DNA of 59,378 bases from Phycisphaera sp. (GCA_023300125.1 JALZVY010000091.1:1-59378); one strand, 5' to 3'. Shown: positions 11,336 to 22,124, numbered from the stretch's first letter. Translations and numbers: made by a program. The notes: generated from the sequence alone by a model not told the origin.

Positions 11336-13804
11336 GTGACTGACAACTTCAACCCCTCGCTGATGCCTGTTCCCACGCCAGAAACCGCGGGGGACGTGCC
11401 GCGGCCGGTCCCTTCTGCTGTGAGGCAGGACATGCCGCAAGCTCCGCAAGACGTGTGGACGTTGCGGTTGCTGCGATGCGCAGACAAGCACAAACGCACC
11501 CTCGGGGTCTGCCTGGGCGGTGCTTTGCTGCTGGGCGGCTTCGTGCAGTTGTTGATCCCTCCGACGTATGAAAGCAACGCGCTGCTCTACGTGCAGAAGG
11601 ACCAAGGCCAGCCCGCGACCCACGCAGCGCTGTTGACCACCACCCCGGTGCTCAGCCGCGCACTGGCCAGCGCGTCGGTCCGTGACCTGGTGTCGATCAC
11701 GCGGTTGGGCGAACGCGCGATCGATCACCTGGGCCAGCGGCTACACACCGAATTCACGCCCGCGGGAGAGACCGTCGCCGTGACCTACCGTTCGGCTTCG
11801 CGTGAAGACTCTGCCACGGTGCTGCACGCGGTGGTGGAGGCTTACCTCGAAGAACGGCGGTCCCCAAACAGTGGCTTGCCCACAAGCCTCGACGATCAAG
11901 GCGCCACGCAGGGCCCCGACGACCTCCTGCTCGCCAGTCGCCTGGCCGAACTGGGGAGCCGCCAGGCCAATGCCGACGCTGACGTTCGGCTCGCCGCCAA
12001 CCGCCTCACTCAGGCTGACGCCGCGGGCGATGACTCCTTGGCCTTGGCCGTGTTGGTGGACGCCAGTGGCGCCGACAGTAAGCACTTGGGTGCCGCCGAG
12101 TTAGCCTATCTCAACACCGAGCGTAAAAAGCTGGACCAGCAACTCGAAAGCATGCCCGAGGGCTGGGGGCCCGAACACACCATCCGCGGCCCCATTCAGC
12201 TTCGCGCCGATGCCATGCGCTACGAATTCGACACGCTGAGCGCCGAAGTGGCCACCGCCATGCGGGCCGAACTCGAACGCAGCCACGCCTTGGCGGTGCA
12301 ATACGCCGCCGAACTGGCCGACGCGATCGCCCAGACCCAGACACAGGCCGCAGCCGCCCAAACCGCCGCGCTGCCGGTCACCGTGTTTCAGTGGCCCGAA
12401 GTGCCTCGCCACAAAGCCGCGCCACGCGCGGCGCAGACGCTGGGCATTGCCGCCTTGGCCGGCATCCTGCTGGGGCTGACGCTGGCGATCCGCCGCGAGG
12501 TTCAAGAAAGCCTGGCGCGTGACGCTTCCGGTTCGGCCGTGAACGGGGCGGTACACCCTGCTGAATATCCTCTGGGCAGCTCTCCTCAAGCTCCCCGTGC
12601 TTTGCTGGGGGTCGAAGCCTTCGAAGACCTCAACGCCCAGCAAGGCATGCCGCTGCTGGGTCAGATGCCTGAGGTCTCCCAATCCCCGGGCGCAGGGCTG
12701 ATGGATCCAGAGGCGGACGACCCCGCGTCGTCGATTCACCAGATCCGCGCCGTCTTGCAGATCCAAGCCACCGCCACCGACAACCGGGCCTTTGCCTTCA
12801 CCAGCCCCCACCGCGGGGCGGGCAAAACCAGCGTGGCCCTGGGGGTCGCGTCCTCGATGGCGTTGTCGGGAACGCGCACGCTTGTGGTCGATTGCGACCT
12901 GGCGGGGCGCATCCAGCGCAGCCGCGCCGCCGAAACCGGCAGCGGCGCTGTGCCCGTGGCCGCACGTCTTGAAGACGCCACGACCTCGGGACCAGCTACT
13001 CTCGACCACGACCGGGCCGATCACCAAGGCCAAGGCACCCGCGACGCCAGCCCCAAGGGCATCACCGGCATGATCGACGGCGCGCCCCTGGCCGAATGCA
13101 TCGCGGAGACCACCACCGACGGTCTGTCGTTGCTGCCCGCAGTCAACCCGCAGACCTCGCACATCAGCAAGCTTTCCGACGCCTTTGTCCGCCGGGTGAT
13201 CGATGAATCACGCGTGGACTACGACATGGTCATCTTCGACACCGGCCCGGTGCCCGGCAGCGTCGAAGCCCTTCTGGTCGCCAGCCAGTGCGACGGCGTG
13301 GTGGTGGTGGTCAAACAAGGCGAAGACCGCAAAGCGGTCGACCGCACACTGTCCTACCTGAAGGTGGTGGGGGCACGGATCACCGGTACCGTCTTCAACC
13401 GTGTGGTGACCGAGGGCAAAGCCGCGGGCCAACCACCGGCGGGGCAAACGCCCCCGGCCATCGTTCAACAAAAGAACGCCGTGGGCCCCACGGTAATCCG
13501 CACCGACACGCCCATTGAAACCCCATCGGCGGCGTCTGCCGACGTTATGCCCGAAATCGCCGACGAAGCACCCGCCCCGCGCAAGCTCCGCGGCCGTCCC
13601 CTGGGCTCGGGCATTTTCGCCGCCGCGGTCTTCTCCAACGCCGAATCCGACGACGGCGTCAAAGACTTGGAGCTTGACCCCGAAGACTTCGATCTCGACC
13701 GCGAAGAATTCGAGATCGACCGCAGCAGCGATTTCGGCGGCGACCTCGCGGACGTCTTCGGTGCCATCGACGAGGACGCCCAAGGTGATGCCCCCACTTC
13801 CTGA
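11336..13804 (+). CDS. Wzc/GumC-like polysaccharide co-polymerase with CpsD/CapB ATPase domain
   Basis: TM1, PPTYES, coiled coil, P-rich segment, TM2; Walker A FTSPHRGAGKTS, LVVDCDL, VIFDTGP, GTVFNR. Confidence 0.85.
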   Translation: MTDNFNPSLMPVPTPETAGDVPRPVPSAVRQDMPQAPQDVWTLRLLRCADKHKRTLGVCLGGALLLGGFVQLLIPPTYESNALLYVQKDQGQPATHAALLTTTPVLSRALASASVRDLVSITRLGERAIDHLGQRLHTEFTPAGETVAVTYRSASREDSATVLHAVVEAYLEERRSPNSGLPTSLDDQGATQGPDDLLLASRLAELGSRQANADADVRLAANRLTQADAAGDDSLALAVLVDASGADSKHLGAAELAYLNTERKKLDQQLESMPEGWGPEHTIRGPIQLRADAMRYEFDTLSAEVATAMRAELERSHALAVQYAAELADAIAQTQTQAAAAQTAALPVTVFQWPEVPRHKAAPRAAQTLGIAALAGILLGLTLAIRREVQESLARDASGSAVNGAVHPAEYPLGSSPQAPRALLGVEAFEDLNAQQGMPLLGQMPEVSQSPGAGLMDPEADDPASSIHQIRAVLQIQATATDNRAFAFTSPHRGAGKTSVALGVASSMALSGTRTLVVDCDLAGRIQRSRAAETGSGAVPVAARLEDATTSGPATLDHDRADHQGQGTRDASPKGITGMIDGAPLAECIAETTTDGLSLLPAVNPQTSHISKLSDAFVRRVIDESRVDYDMVIFDTGPVPGSVEALLVASQCDGVVVVVKQGEDRKAVDRTLSYLKVVGARITGTVFNRVVTEGKAAGQPPAGQTPPAIVQQKNAVGPTVIRTDTPIETPSAASADVMPEIADEAPAPRKLRGRPLGSGIFAAAVFSNAESDDGVKDLELDPEDFDLDREEFEIDRSSDFGGDLADVFGAIDEDAQGDAPTS

Positions 13805-13869
13805 CCGCGTGCGGTCACGAGGGTTGTCTTTGCTTTCTGCGCTTGTGTGGTTGCGTGGCCCCAAGTGCA

Positions 13870-14053
13870 CGCGCCGCGCAGAAAAAAAGAGCCGCTTGGG
13901 GCTCTTTTTCGCGAAGCAAAGCGGCTGAACGGGTTCGCCGCAGAGCGCAAAGAACCCGTGGCCCGGCGTCGCCGGGCCGGGGAGGCGCATGCCTCGCCTC
14001 GGCCGCGCCGCGCAGAAAAAAAGAGCCGTTTGGGGCTCTTTTTCACGAAGCAA

Positions 14054-14071
<18 letters not shown>
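13870..14071. repeat. 68-bp direct repeat (13870-13937 and 14004-14071) containing the tRNA-Gly 3' end and terminator
   Basis: cgcgccgcgcagaaaaaaagagccgYttggggctctttttcRcgaagcaaagcggctgaacgggttcg occurs twice, period 134 bp, 2 mismatches. Confidence 0.92.
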
Positions 14072-14126
<55 letters not shown>

Positions 14127-14214
14127 GTAGCAGTGGACGTATCAGGATAACAGATCGCCGGTGCGCCACGGCGGGGGGTGTTTGATGCGTGTGGCTGCGG
14201 TGGGCGCCCCGGTG

Positions 14215-17200
14215 CTACTCGGCAGACTTTTCGAGTCGTTTGATGACTTTGTCGTAGCGGCCGATGATTTCTTTGAGCGTGGCGCCCAACTCGCTGAGTT
14301 GTTCGTCTTGGCGGGCGTTGACCTTGGCGAAGGGTTCCATCCAGCTTTGCATGATGCCGAACTGCTCTTTCATGACGTAGAGGAAGGTGTCGGGGATCTT
14401 GTTGATGACCCGGACCTCGGCGGGCAAGGCGGCGGGGGGTGCAGCGGGGGCGTTGACTGCGGGTGGCGCGGTGGCGGCAGTGGGTTCGGCTTGAGCGGCG
14501 GCGAGGGCTGCAATCAGGCGGTCGGTGGTGTCTTTGAGGCCCGCGGTGAGAGGGGTGAGATCCACCGGCGGCGCTGCCGCAGGCGGGGCTTGGACGGGGG
14601 CAGCGGTCGGGACGTCGACCGGGGCAAGGTTTTGGGCCATGCCCGCGAGGCCTTGGGTCATGGCGGATTCGAGGGTGGCCAGGCTTTGGTTGACCCCGGT
14701 GAGCTGGGCGATGGCGGCGGCGGTGGTGTCGCCGCCCAGGGCGCTCACGGCGTTGTTGCGCACGAAGGCGGCTTTGATGTCGTCCCAGCGCTTGGTCTGT
14801 TCGTCGGTGAGCCAGCCCATGAGCTCGCGGAACTTGAGCAGGTTGGCCTCGGCGCCGGTGGTGAGGGTTTGGGCGTCTTGCTCGTAGGTGCTTTCGATGA
14901 GGGTTTGCAGCTCGTCGTCGTTCATGACCGCCGAGACCTTCTCGGCGATGCGGTTCATGTTGCGGTAGCTGCCTTGAAGCAGGAAGGGAGGCTCGGTGCG
15001 GTAGGCGTCGTCTTGGCCGGCGCTGGCGATGTATTGCAGGTTGACTTTCAAGATCACGTCGCGGACGGCGATGAGTTTCTGCATCACGCCCACCAGCTCG
15101 TCGAGCTGGTCCGCGGGGTGGTTGCCTTCGAGCTCGACGCCCTCGCGCGAGCCAGTCTGGGCCATGTGGATCACGCCGTGGATGTCGGTGCGCGAGGCGG
15201 TGGCCAGGGCGTTGAGGCTGGGATTGCTGGTCAGCGCGTTCTCGAGGTACGACATCTTGAAGGCGTCGCCGTGGCTGCCGATGATGTCGCCCAGGTTGTA
15301 GGTGTCGGCCCGGTTGCTGAGCATGTCGGGGATGCGGAAGGCCTCGCCCGATTCGGTGTAGGGGTTGCCGGCCATGATCACCGCCACGCGGCGGCCGCGG
15401 AAGTCGTAGGTCTTGCTGCGGCCTTTGTAGACGCCTTCGATGCGGCGCTGGGCGTCACACAGGCTGATGAACTTTTGTAAAAACTCGGGGTTGGTGTGCT
15501 GGATGTCGTCGACGTAGATCATCACGTTGTCGCCCATCTCGAAGGCGAGGTTCAGCTTTTCGAGCTCTTCGCGGGCCGCGGCGTTGGTGGCCTCGGCGGG
15601 GTCGATGGAGGTGACGTTGTGGCCGATGGCCGGGCCGTTGATCTTCATGAAGATCATGCCCAGGCGGTTGCAGACGTACTCCATGAGCGTGGTTTTGCCG
15701 TAACCCGGGGGCGAAATCAGCAGCAGCAGGCCCATGCGGTCGGTGCGGGTGTCGGCGCCCGCGGTGCCGATCTGTTTGGCGAGGTTGTCGCCGATCAGGG
15801 GCAAGAAGACCTCGTCCAAGAGGCGGTTGCGTACGAAGCTGGTGAGCACCTTGGGGGTGAACTCTTCGAGCCGCATGGTGTGGCGGGCGTCTTCGAGCAC
15901 GTCGTGCTTGGTGTGCTGGAAGGCTTCGTAACGGGGCACGCGTTCTTGGGTGAAGCCGCGCAGGCGGGCGACGAACCCGGGGTAGTCCAGGTCGGTTTCG
16001 CCGCCGACGATGCGGGGGTGATCGCCCAGCAGGCCGGTGAGCCGCCGGTGCGCGGCCACCGGGTGCACGCGAGAAGCGAAATCCGAGGCGTGGTCGTGGG
16101 CGAGCAGGGCGGCCAACTCGTCGATCGCGCCCGCGGCGTCGGCGGGCTCGTGTAGGCCCGCTGCGTCGCGGGCCGCGACGAAGGCGGCGGCCCAGTCGGT
16201 CAAAATACGGTGGCGGGCCAGGGGGTCTTTCACGGGCTTGACGCCGTCGCGGAAGGTGAGGGTGGCCGCCTGTTCTTCGAGGTAGGCGTGAAAGGCGTTG
16301 TAGAGCGTGTCGGCCGCGGGGCCCACGACGAATCCGGGCTGGGGGTCGCTCAGTTGGTGGAAGAGGTAGGCCCCTGCGTCGTGGGCCAGGTCGGGGTTCA
16401 GGAAGTCGTGGCCCCGGGCAAAGTCGTGGATGGCGGATGTGATTTCGGCGATGTAGGCCGCTTGCTCGTCCTGCTGAGGGAACACCCGGGCCACGGCGCC
16501 AAAGCCCGTAAGGCGAGCCGACCACGCGGCGCGTTGGGCTTCGTCGGTGCCTGCGGTCCACCACAGCTGGGCCAGCACCCGCGCCGGCCCCGGGAAGCGC
16601 AGCAGGCCCAGGGTTTGTTTGAGATCCACCAGCGCGGCGAGGTAGAGCGCCGCGTCGTGGTCGTGCACACCCTTGACGTAGCCCTCCGCGTAGCGGGGGG
16701 CCATGTAGTGCTGGACCTGGGCCAGCAGGGGCGTGCTTGGGTTGTCGGGGTCGCCGTCTTGGCCGGCGGGGGCCAGGGCGTGGGGGTCGCTGAGCATCTG
16801 GTAGGCAAGAAACTCGCCGCGGTAGACCGCGGGGTTTTCGCTGACCAGGGCCTGGTCCCACAGTTCGCGGGCGCTGTCGAGCCGCTCGTCGTGCAGGGGT
16901 TCAAAGAACTGCGTGCCGGTGAGGTGCAGGGTTTGGGTGTCGTCGCGGACCACGGCGGTGAGGTCCACCGGCTGGGTGTTGATGGCAAAGCCGTGGCGGC
17001 CCAAGCGCAGGGTGTCTTTGCCGCCGCCTTGAAGGTCGATGCGGTCTTTGAGCTGGCGGACGGCGTCTTCCTTGACGCTTTTGAGGCGCGATTGGATGTC
17101 ACCCACGCGGACCGCGTCGTCCAGTGCTTCAAGCTGGGCGATGATGTCGCGCACCTTGTCGATCATCAGGTCGCCCGCGAAGTAGGCGTTGATGTCGGAC

Positions 17201-19590
17201 ACGTCGTCCATGGCCTGGGCGCGGCTGTGGATGCCCTTGAGAATCCGTGTCGCCGCCTGGCCCAGCTTGTCGGCCCGCTGGTTACGCTTTTCGACCAGCG
17301 CAAGCTTGCGGTTTTCAAAGGCGGTGTAGACCTCTTCGCGCTTTTCGGTGAGCTCGAGCACGAAGTCGTCGAACTCCGCGAAGCGGCCTTCGAGCTCTTC
17401 GAGCTGCACCATGAGCTTGGTGAGGTAGGTGTCGGTTTTTTGGGGGGTGTCCGACAAATCCAGATAGTTGGCCACTGACTGGTTAAGCAATTTCAGCTGG
17501 CTGCCGAACTCGGCGACGCCTTCGCTTTTGCCCAGTTCTTGCTGCTTGGTACGCAGGCGGCTGCGGGTGGCGTTGAGCTGGGCGAAGATGCCCGAGATTT
17601 CCTCGACCACCTGGGTGCGCTCGGTGGCGTCGTCGATCTTGAGGTTGCCCACCACGTCGATCAGCATCTCCAGCTCGGTGCCGGTCTGGCCCAGCTGCTC
17701 GGAGCGCTCTTTGGCGTCGGTGACTTTGGTCAGTGATTCAATGGCCGCGTCGTGTTCGGCCGCCGCGTCGCGGTAGGGGTCCAGCGACCCGGGTTCCAGC
17801 AGGAAGGCGACGGTTCTTTGCGACACCGCTTCGGTTTGGTCGGCAAGCTGGGTTTCTAGGTCGGTCACGACCGCCTCGTCGACGTAGCGCAGATCGCGCA
17901 GCCCGATCACCTGGCCCCGTAAGCCCCGCAGCAGGCCCAGGGCATCGACGAAGTCGGCAATGGACTGGTACACCCGGGCGGCGTTTTTGCGGACCGTGGC
18001 GGTGGTTTCTTGGGCCAGGGTGTCGACCTGGCGTTGGGTGTCGCGTTTTTGCCGGGTGACTTTTTCGTATTCACCCACCGCCGCCTGGGCGGCGTCGCGG
18101 ATGGCCGACAGCGGCTGGGCGACATCTGCGGCGTCGGCCTCGCCGAGCCAAAAGTAGGTGTCCAAGAGGTCCGAGGCGGTGCGGACGATGTCGACATAGA
18201 GGTCGGCGTACAGGTCGCGGCGGCCCACGAGGTCTAGGACCTGGGCGCACTCGGCCATGCCACGGACCACGTCGCGGTTGCCGATCTGAAACAGCCGCGA
18301 ATCGGACTCGGTTTCGGTGATGCGGTCCGGGCCCACAAAGGGGGTCTGCCAGATCTGCACCGCGTGGTGTTTCTGCGGGGTGGGGTCGTCGCCGGTTTTA
18401 AAGAACACCAGCTGGCCGTTGCCCGTGGCCCCGCCTGGCAGCGCGTAGCCGTGGGCGAGGATCGGGGTGTGCACCTCTTGGGCGATCAGGTTGTAGGCCA
18501 GGATGACGTAGAGCCCGGTGTCACGCTGATAGAACACGTAGGCGAAGTCTTCGCCGTTGGGGCTGGCGATGCGGCGGTCAAAGACCAGCCCCCCGGGCAC
18601 GTTGTTGAAAAACTGCCGCTTGCCGGTGGCCAAGTACACGCCGTCGGCGAGCATCAGCCCGTGGTCTTCGGGCAGCAGCACGCAGGCGTCGCCCAGCCCG
18701 TCGGCCCGGACAACTTCTTGCAGCTTGGCGTTGTAGACAAAGTGCCGCCAGGCCTGCTCTTGATAGGGCCGGATGCGCAGCAGCACCAGCGGGCCTTCGA
18801 TGACGTAGTAGACCTCCGCGTCGTCCAGACCCTGGTCGGGGTCGTCTACGGGTTCGGCGTAGAGGCCCTGGCCGCTGTCGGTGTTGTCTTCGACCTTGAT
18901 GGTGAGATCGCCGCCGGTGGTCTCGACGTAGACGCGGTCTTCGATGTTGTAGTGCGGGAAGGCCCCCTGGCTTTGCATGTCGCGCGTGGCGCGGATCCAG
19001 GTGAAGTCGTGCTGGGCGGGGTAGCGCACCTCGTGGTCGCTGCGGTTGCCCAGGTAGCGCAGGCCGTCGCTCTCGATGGCCCACTTGAAGGCTTTGAAGT
19101 CATCGGGCCCGCGTCCGACGTGGAACTTCATGTAGACGAACTGGTCTTTGCGGAAAAACTTGGCAAACGTCGCGTGTTTGTAGAAGCGAAAGAGGTCGGT
19201 GAAGTCTTTTTGGAACTCCGCGTCGCCCAGCAGGTCCAGGCCTTCTTCGTGGAAGACGCCGTCTTCGAAGCGGTAGACGGCGAACACGTCGCCCACGTCG
19301 ACGGTGCTTTTGAGCCCGAAGTGCACGTTGAAGCCCATGACAAAGTGCCCGCCGAAGGCGACGATGTCGCGCGGCACGCAGTTGTGGGCGGTGGTGATGC
19401 GGTCGGTGGAGGTGAGTTCGAAGGGGATCGCGCCGAACACCTCTTGGCGGGCGCTGTTGAGCGTCGCCAGTCGGGCCCGCAGGTCCTGGGCGTGGGTGTC
19501 CAGCCGGGCGCGGATGACCTCGTAAGCGCCGGCGTCGAGCTGGGCCTGGGGGTTGGGTTGGTCTTCGGGGGGTGTTTCGGTTTCGGGCAT
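14215..19590 (-). CDS. Giant AAA+ ATPase ('DNA repair ATPase'/DUF3686-type), 1791 aa
   Basis: N-terminal beta-rich region, long helical coiled coil, Walker A SPPGYGKTT, Walker B MIYVDD, GNPYTESG and NRADTYNLG motifs. Confidence 0.85.
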   Translation of the reverse strand: MPETETPPEDQPNPQAQLDAGAYEVIRARLDTHAQDLRARLATLNSARQEVFGAIPFELTSTDRITTAHNCVPRDIVAFGGHFVMGFNVHFGLKSTVDVGDVFAVYRFEDGVFHEEGLDLLGDAEFQKDFTDLFRFYKHATFAKFFRKDQFVYMKFHVGRGPDDFKAFKWAIESDGLRYLGNRSDHEVRYPAQHDFTWIRATRDMQSQGAFPHYNIEDRVYVETTGGDLTIKVEDNTDSGQGLYAEPVDDPDQGLDDAEVYYVIEGPLVLLRIRPYQEQAWRHFVYNAKLQEVVRADGLGDACVLLPEDHGLMLADGVYLATGKRQFFNNVPGGLVFDRRIASPNGEDFAYVFYQRDTGLYVILAYNLIAQEVHTPILAHGYALPGGATGNGQLVFFKTGDDPTPQKHHAVQIWQTPFVGPDRITETESDSRLFQIGNRDVVRGMAECAQVLDLVGRRDLYADLYVDIVRTASDLLDTYFWLGEADAADVAQPLSAIRDAAQAAVGEYEKVTRQKRDTQRQVDTLAQETTATVRKNAARVYQSIADFVDALGLLRGLRGQVIGLRDLRYVDEAVVTDLETQLADQTEAVSQRTVAFLLEPGSLDPYRDAAAEHDAAIESLTKVTDAKERSEQLGQTGTELEMLIDVVGNLKIDDATERTQVVEEISGIFAQLNATRSRLRTKQQELGKSEGVAEFGSQLKLLNQSVANYLDLSDTPQKTDTYLTKLMVQLEELEGRFAEFDDFVLELTEKREEVYTAFENRKLALVEKRNQRADKLGQAATRILKGIHSRAQAMDDVSDINAYFAGDLMIDKVRDIIAQLEALDDAVRVGDIQSRLKSVKEDAVRQLKDRIDLQGGGKDTLRLGRHGFAINTQPVDLTAVVRDDTQTLHLTGTQFFEPLHDERLDSARELWDQALVSENPAVYRGEFLAYQMLSDPHALAPAGQDGDPDNPSTPLLAQVQHYMAPRYAEGYVKGVHDHDAALYLAALVDLKQTLGLLRFPGPARVLAQLWWTAGTDEAQRAAWSARLTGFGAVARVFPQQDEQAAYIAEITSAIHDFARGHDFLNPDLAHDAGAYLFHQLSDPQPGFVVGPAADTLYNAFHAYLEEQAATLTFRDGVKPVKDPLARHRILTDWAAAFVAARDAAGLHEPADAAGAIDELAALLAHDHASDFASRVHPVAAHRRLTGLLGDHPRIVGGETDLDYPGFVARLRGFTQERVPRYEAFQHTKHDVLEDARHTMRLEEFTPKVLTSFVRNRLLDEVFLPLIGDNLAKQIGTAGADTRTDRMGLLLLISPPGYGKTTLMEYVCNRLGMIFMKINGPAIGHNVTSIDPAEATNAAAREELEKLNLAFEMGDNVMIYVDDIQHTNPEFLQKFISLCDAQRRIEGVYKGRSKTYDFRGRRVAVIMAGNPYTESGEAFRIPDMLSNRADTYNLGDIIGSHGDAFKMSYLENALTSNPSLNALATASRTDIHGVIHMAQTGSREGVELEGNHPADQLDELVGVMQKLIAVRDVILKVNLQYIASAGQDDAYRTEPPFLLQGSYRNMNRIAEKVSAVMNDDELQTLIESTYEQDAQTLTTGAEANLLKFRELMGWLTDEQTKRWDDIKAAFVRNNAVSALGGDTTAAAIAQLTGVNQSLATLESAMTQGLAGMAQNLAPVDVPTAAPVQAPPAAAPPVDLTPLTAGLKDTTDRLIAALAAAQAEPTAATAPPAVNAPAAPPAALPAEVRVINKIPDTFLYVMKEQFGIMQSWMEPFAKVNARQDEQLSELGATLKEIIGRYDKVIKRLEKSAE

Positions 19591-19595
19591 TTCGG

Positions 19596-19643
19596 AACGC
19601 TTCGCTTAACCACAGAGGCACAGAGAACACAGAGGGCACAGAG
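19596..19643 (+). repeat. Left inverted repeat: AACGCTTCGCT-NN-AC plus 4x CACAGAG
   Basis: aacgcttcgct ta ac cacagag g cacagag aa cacagag gg cacagag. Confidence 0.95.
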
Positions 19644-19658
19644 CAAGACAGATCTGTG

Positions 19659-20036
19659 TTAGTTGGCGATTCTCTTGATGCCGTCTACGACACGGTCTTC
19701 ATGGAAATTAACCAGCAGGCCCAGGCGATTGCCGGTGGCCTTGAGGTAGGTGATGACTTGAGACTTATGCGCGTCTACCAAACGGGAGACGGCTTTCAGC
19801 TCTACGACCAGACGGCCCTCAACCAGAATGTCGATTTTTCCGTCGCCAATCGATTCGTCTTTGTAAAAGAGTTCTACAGGGGCCTCAGTCTGGAAGGAAA
19901 GGTCGCGCAAGCGAAGCTCAATCACCATCGCCTTCTGGTAAGTGCTTTCCAGAAATCCGGCGCCCAACTCCCGGTGCACCTCGATGGCCGCTCCAATGAC
20001 AAGATCGGTGAGTTCGTTGTCGTCGTCGATCTTCAT
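19659..20036 (-). CDS. GxxExxY protein (PD-(D/E)xK nuclease superfamily)
   Basis: VIGAAIEVHRELGAGFLESTYQKAM (GxxExxY), IDILVEGRLVVELKAV, QVITYLKATG..LGLLVNF. Confidence 0.95.
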   Translation of the reverse strand: MKIDDDNELTDLVIGAAIEVHRELGAGFLESTYQKAMVIELRLRDLSFQTEAPVELFYKDESIGDGKIDILVEGRLVVELKAVSRLVDAHKSQVITYLKATGNRLGLLVNFHEDRVVDGIKRIAN

Positions 20037-20048
20037 TCTTATGCCTTT

Positions 20049-20096
<48 letters not shown>

Positions 20097-20108
20097 GCCT
20101 TGGCAGCA

Positions 20109-22124
20109 TTAACCCAGGTCAGCCAGCCGCTTTTGGTCGTAGCCGGCGGCTTTGGAGAGCGAGAGCATGTTTTTGAGCTCGTTGAGCAGGCCGTCGTCGG
20201 AGTTGCGGCTGATGGCTTTGCCGATGAGGGCGGCGATGGAGAGGTTTTTGACGTCTTCGCTGCCCAGTCCGCTGCGCTGCACCAGAGAGGCGACGCGGTC
20301 GGCGAGGCCTCCGGCGGCGCCGTCGCCACCACTGACCGATTCGGCGATGGCTTTGAGGTGGTCGGAGTTGTCGATGAGGCGGTCCACCTGCTTGCCGCGG
20401 GTGATGCTGTTGATGAGGTTGTCGAAGAACACGCCGTCGCCGCCGACGATGTCGATGTTGGCGCTCTTGAGGGCCTGAGCCAGCACGGTGGCTTGCTCGG
20501 CGGCGATGTCGCGCTGGATGTCGATGCCTTTGAGATCGACCTGGAGCTCTTTGTCCAGACGCAGCTTGAACTCTTCGTGTTCCTTGCCCACGCCGTCGAG
20601 CTTCTTCATGGCCTCGGCCTTGCTGGCCACGCCCTCGGCCTCGGCGGCGTATTTTTGACGCATGACTTCGGCTTCGGCGGTGCCGTACTTGTCGAGGCTG
20701 CCGGCCTTGGCGTCCATGACCTCGGCCTCGGCGAGCCCGGCGGCGGCTTTTTCGGCCTGCATGGCCTGGGCCATCTTCATCTTGGCCTGGGCTTCTTTTT
20801 CGGTGGCTTGGCGGTTGGCTTCGGCTTCGATCAGGATCTCGTCGGCCTGGAACTGGCTGGCGAGCTTGCTGGCTTCGGCTTTTTGCACTTCCTTGATCTT
20901 GTCTTCTTCGGCGCGGGCGGCGGCGGCGGTCACCGAGACGGTCTTGGCCCGCTCGGCGGTCATGACCTCTTCGGTGTCTTTGATCTTTTCTTGCTCTTCG
21001 ACCACGGCCCGTTCAACCACCACGCGTTCGCGGATGACGTCCTGGATGAGCTTACGCTCTTCTTCGAGGGCTTTTTCTTTGGCGATGTTGGCCAGTTCGA
21101 CCACGCGCTCGCGTTCGGTGGCTTCGAGGCCGCGTTCACGGGCGACACGCTCGGTCTCGACCGCGTCGGTTTTTTCTTTGGCTTTTTGGGCAACGAGGAT
21201 CTGACGCAGCTTGTTCTCTTCGGCGACGCCCAGCTCTTCCTCGGTGCTGATGCGGGCCTTTTCGCTTTTGTAGCGCTCTTCTTCTTCGACTTTGTGGGCC
21301 TCGGCTTCTTCGCGGGCTCTCACGCTGGCGATCTCGCGGGCCTGCTTGGCTTCGGCTTCTTCTTGCTGGCGTTCCAGTTCGAGGATGGCCTCGCGGGCTT
21401 CGACGTCTTGCTTCTTGATGGTTTTTTGTTTTTCGCGGGCGATGTTATTCGCCAGCACGGCCTCTTTGGCGGTGAGGTCGGTGATCTTTTTGATGCCCTC
21501 GGCGTCGAGGATGTTGTTGGGGTCGAGCTTGGAGAGCTCGGTTTGTTCCAAGTAGTCGATGGCGGCGTCGTCCAGCACGTAGCCGTTGAGGTCGGTGCCC
21601 AGGTGCGCGAGAATCTCGTTTTTGAACTTCTCGCGTTCGGTGTAGAGCTCGGTGAAGTCGAAGCTTTTGCCCACGGTTTTCAGGGCTTCGGAGAACTTAG
21701 AGTCGAAGAGCTCAATCAGCGATTGGATGTCTGACGCGCGGCGGCAGCCGATGGACTGGGCGACCTGCAGCACGTCGGCGGCAACGTTGTTGACGCGGAC
21801 GAAGAAGGCGACCTTGATGTCGGCCCGGACGTTGTCTTTGCAGATAAGGCCTTCGCTGCCGTGGCGGTAGATCTCGATCCGCTTCACGGAAATGTCCATG
21901 AACTCTGGTCGGTGCATGATGGGGATGACGGAGGTGCCCGAGAAGCTGACCTTGGTGGGGCCAAACCCAGTGCGGACTAGGGCGGTGCCTTGCTCGACTT
22001 TGACGAAAAACTTGGCGAGCATGGCGAGCAGAGCCATGAGCACGATGAAGACGCAGACGACCACGGTGATGACGGTGATCATCACGGGTGTGAGTGTGAA
22101 GGCGAGCGTGGGAAGGTCGGGCAT
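20109..22124 (-). CDS. Flotillin/SPFH domain protein (YqiK-like)
   Basis: N-terminal TM, KVEQGTALVRTG, GLICKDNVRADIKVAFFVRVN, long AEA/EAE-rich coiled coil, IDIVGGDG tail. Confidence 0.9.
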   Translation of the reverse strand: MPDLPTLAFTLTPVMITVITVVVCVFIVLMALLAMLAKFFVKVEQGTALVRTGFGPTKVSFSGTSVIPIMHRPEFMDISVKRIEIYRHGSEGLICKDNVRADIKVAFFVRVNNVAADVLQVAQSIGCRRASDIQSLIELFDSKFSEALKTVGKSFDFTELYTEREKFKNEILAHLGTDLNGYVLDDAAIDYLEQTELSKLDPNNILDAEGIKKITDLTAKEAVLANNIAREKQKTIKKQDVEAREAILELERQQEEAEAKQAREIASVRAREEAEAHKVEEEERYKSEKARISTEEELGVAEENKLRQILVAQKAKEKTDAVETERVARERGLEATERERVVELANIAKEKALEEERKLIQDVIRERVVVERAVVEEQEKIKDTEEVMTAERAKTVSVTAAAARAEEDKIKEVQKAEASKLASQFQADEILIEAEANRQATEKEAQAKMKMAQAMQAEKAAAGLAEAEVMDAKAGSLDKYGTAEAEVMRQKYAAEAEGVASKAEAMKKLDGVGKEHEEFKLRLDKELQVDLKGIDIQRDIAAEQATVLAQALKSANIDIVGGDGVFFDNLINSITRGKQVDRLIDNSDHLKAIAESVSGGDGAAGGLADRVASLVQRSGLGSEDVKNLSIAALIGKAISRNSDDGLLNELKNMLSLSKAAGYDQKRLADLG

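Noticed and set aside
19611-19643. CACAGAG resembles the V(D)J/Transib heptamer CACAGTG
   Set aside because: One mismatch in a 7-mer, no nonamer or 12/23 spacing, and no DDE/RAG-like protein; likely coincidence.
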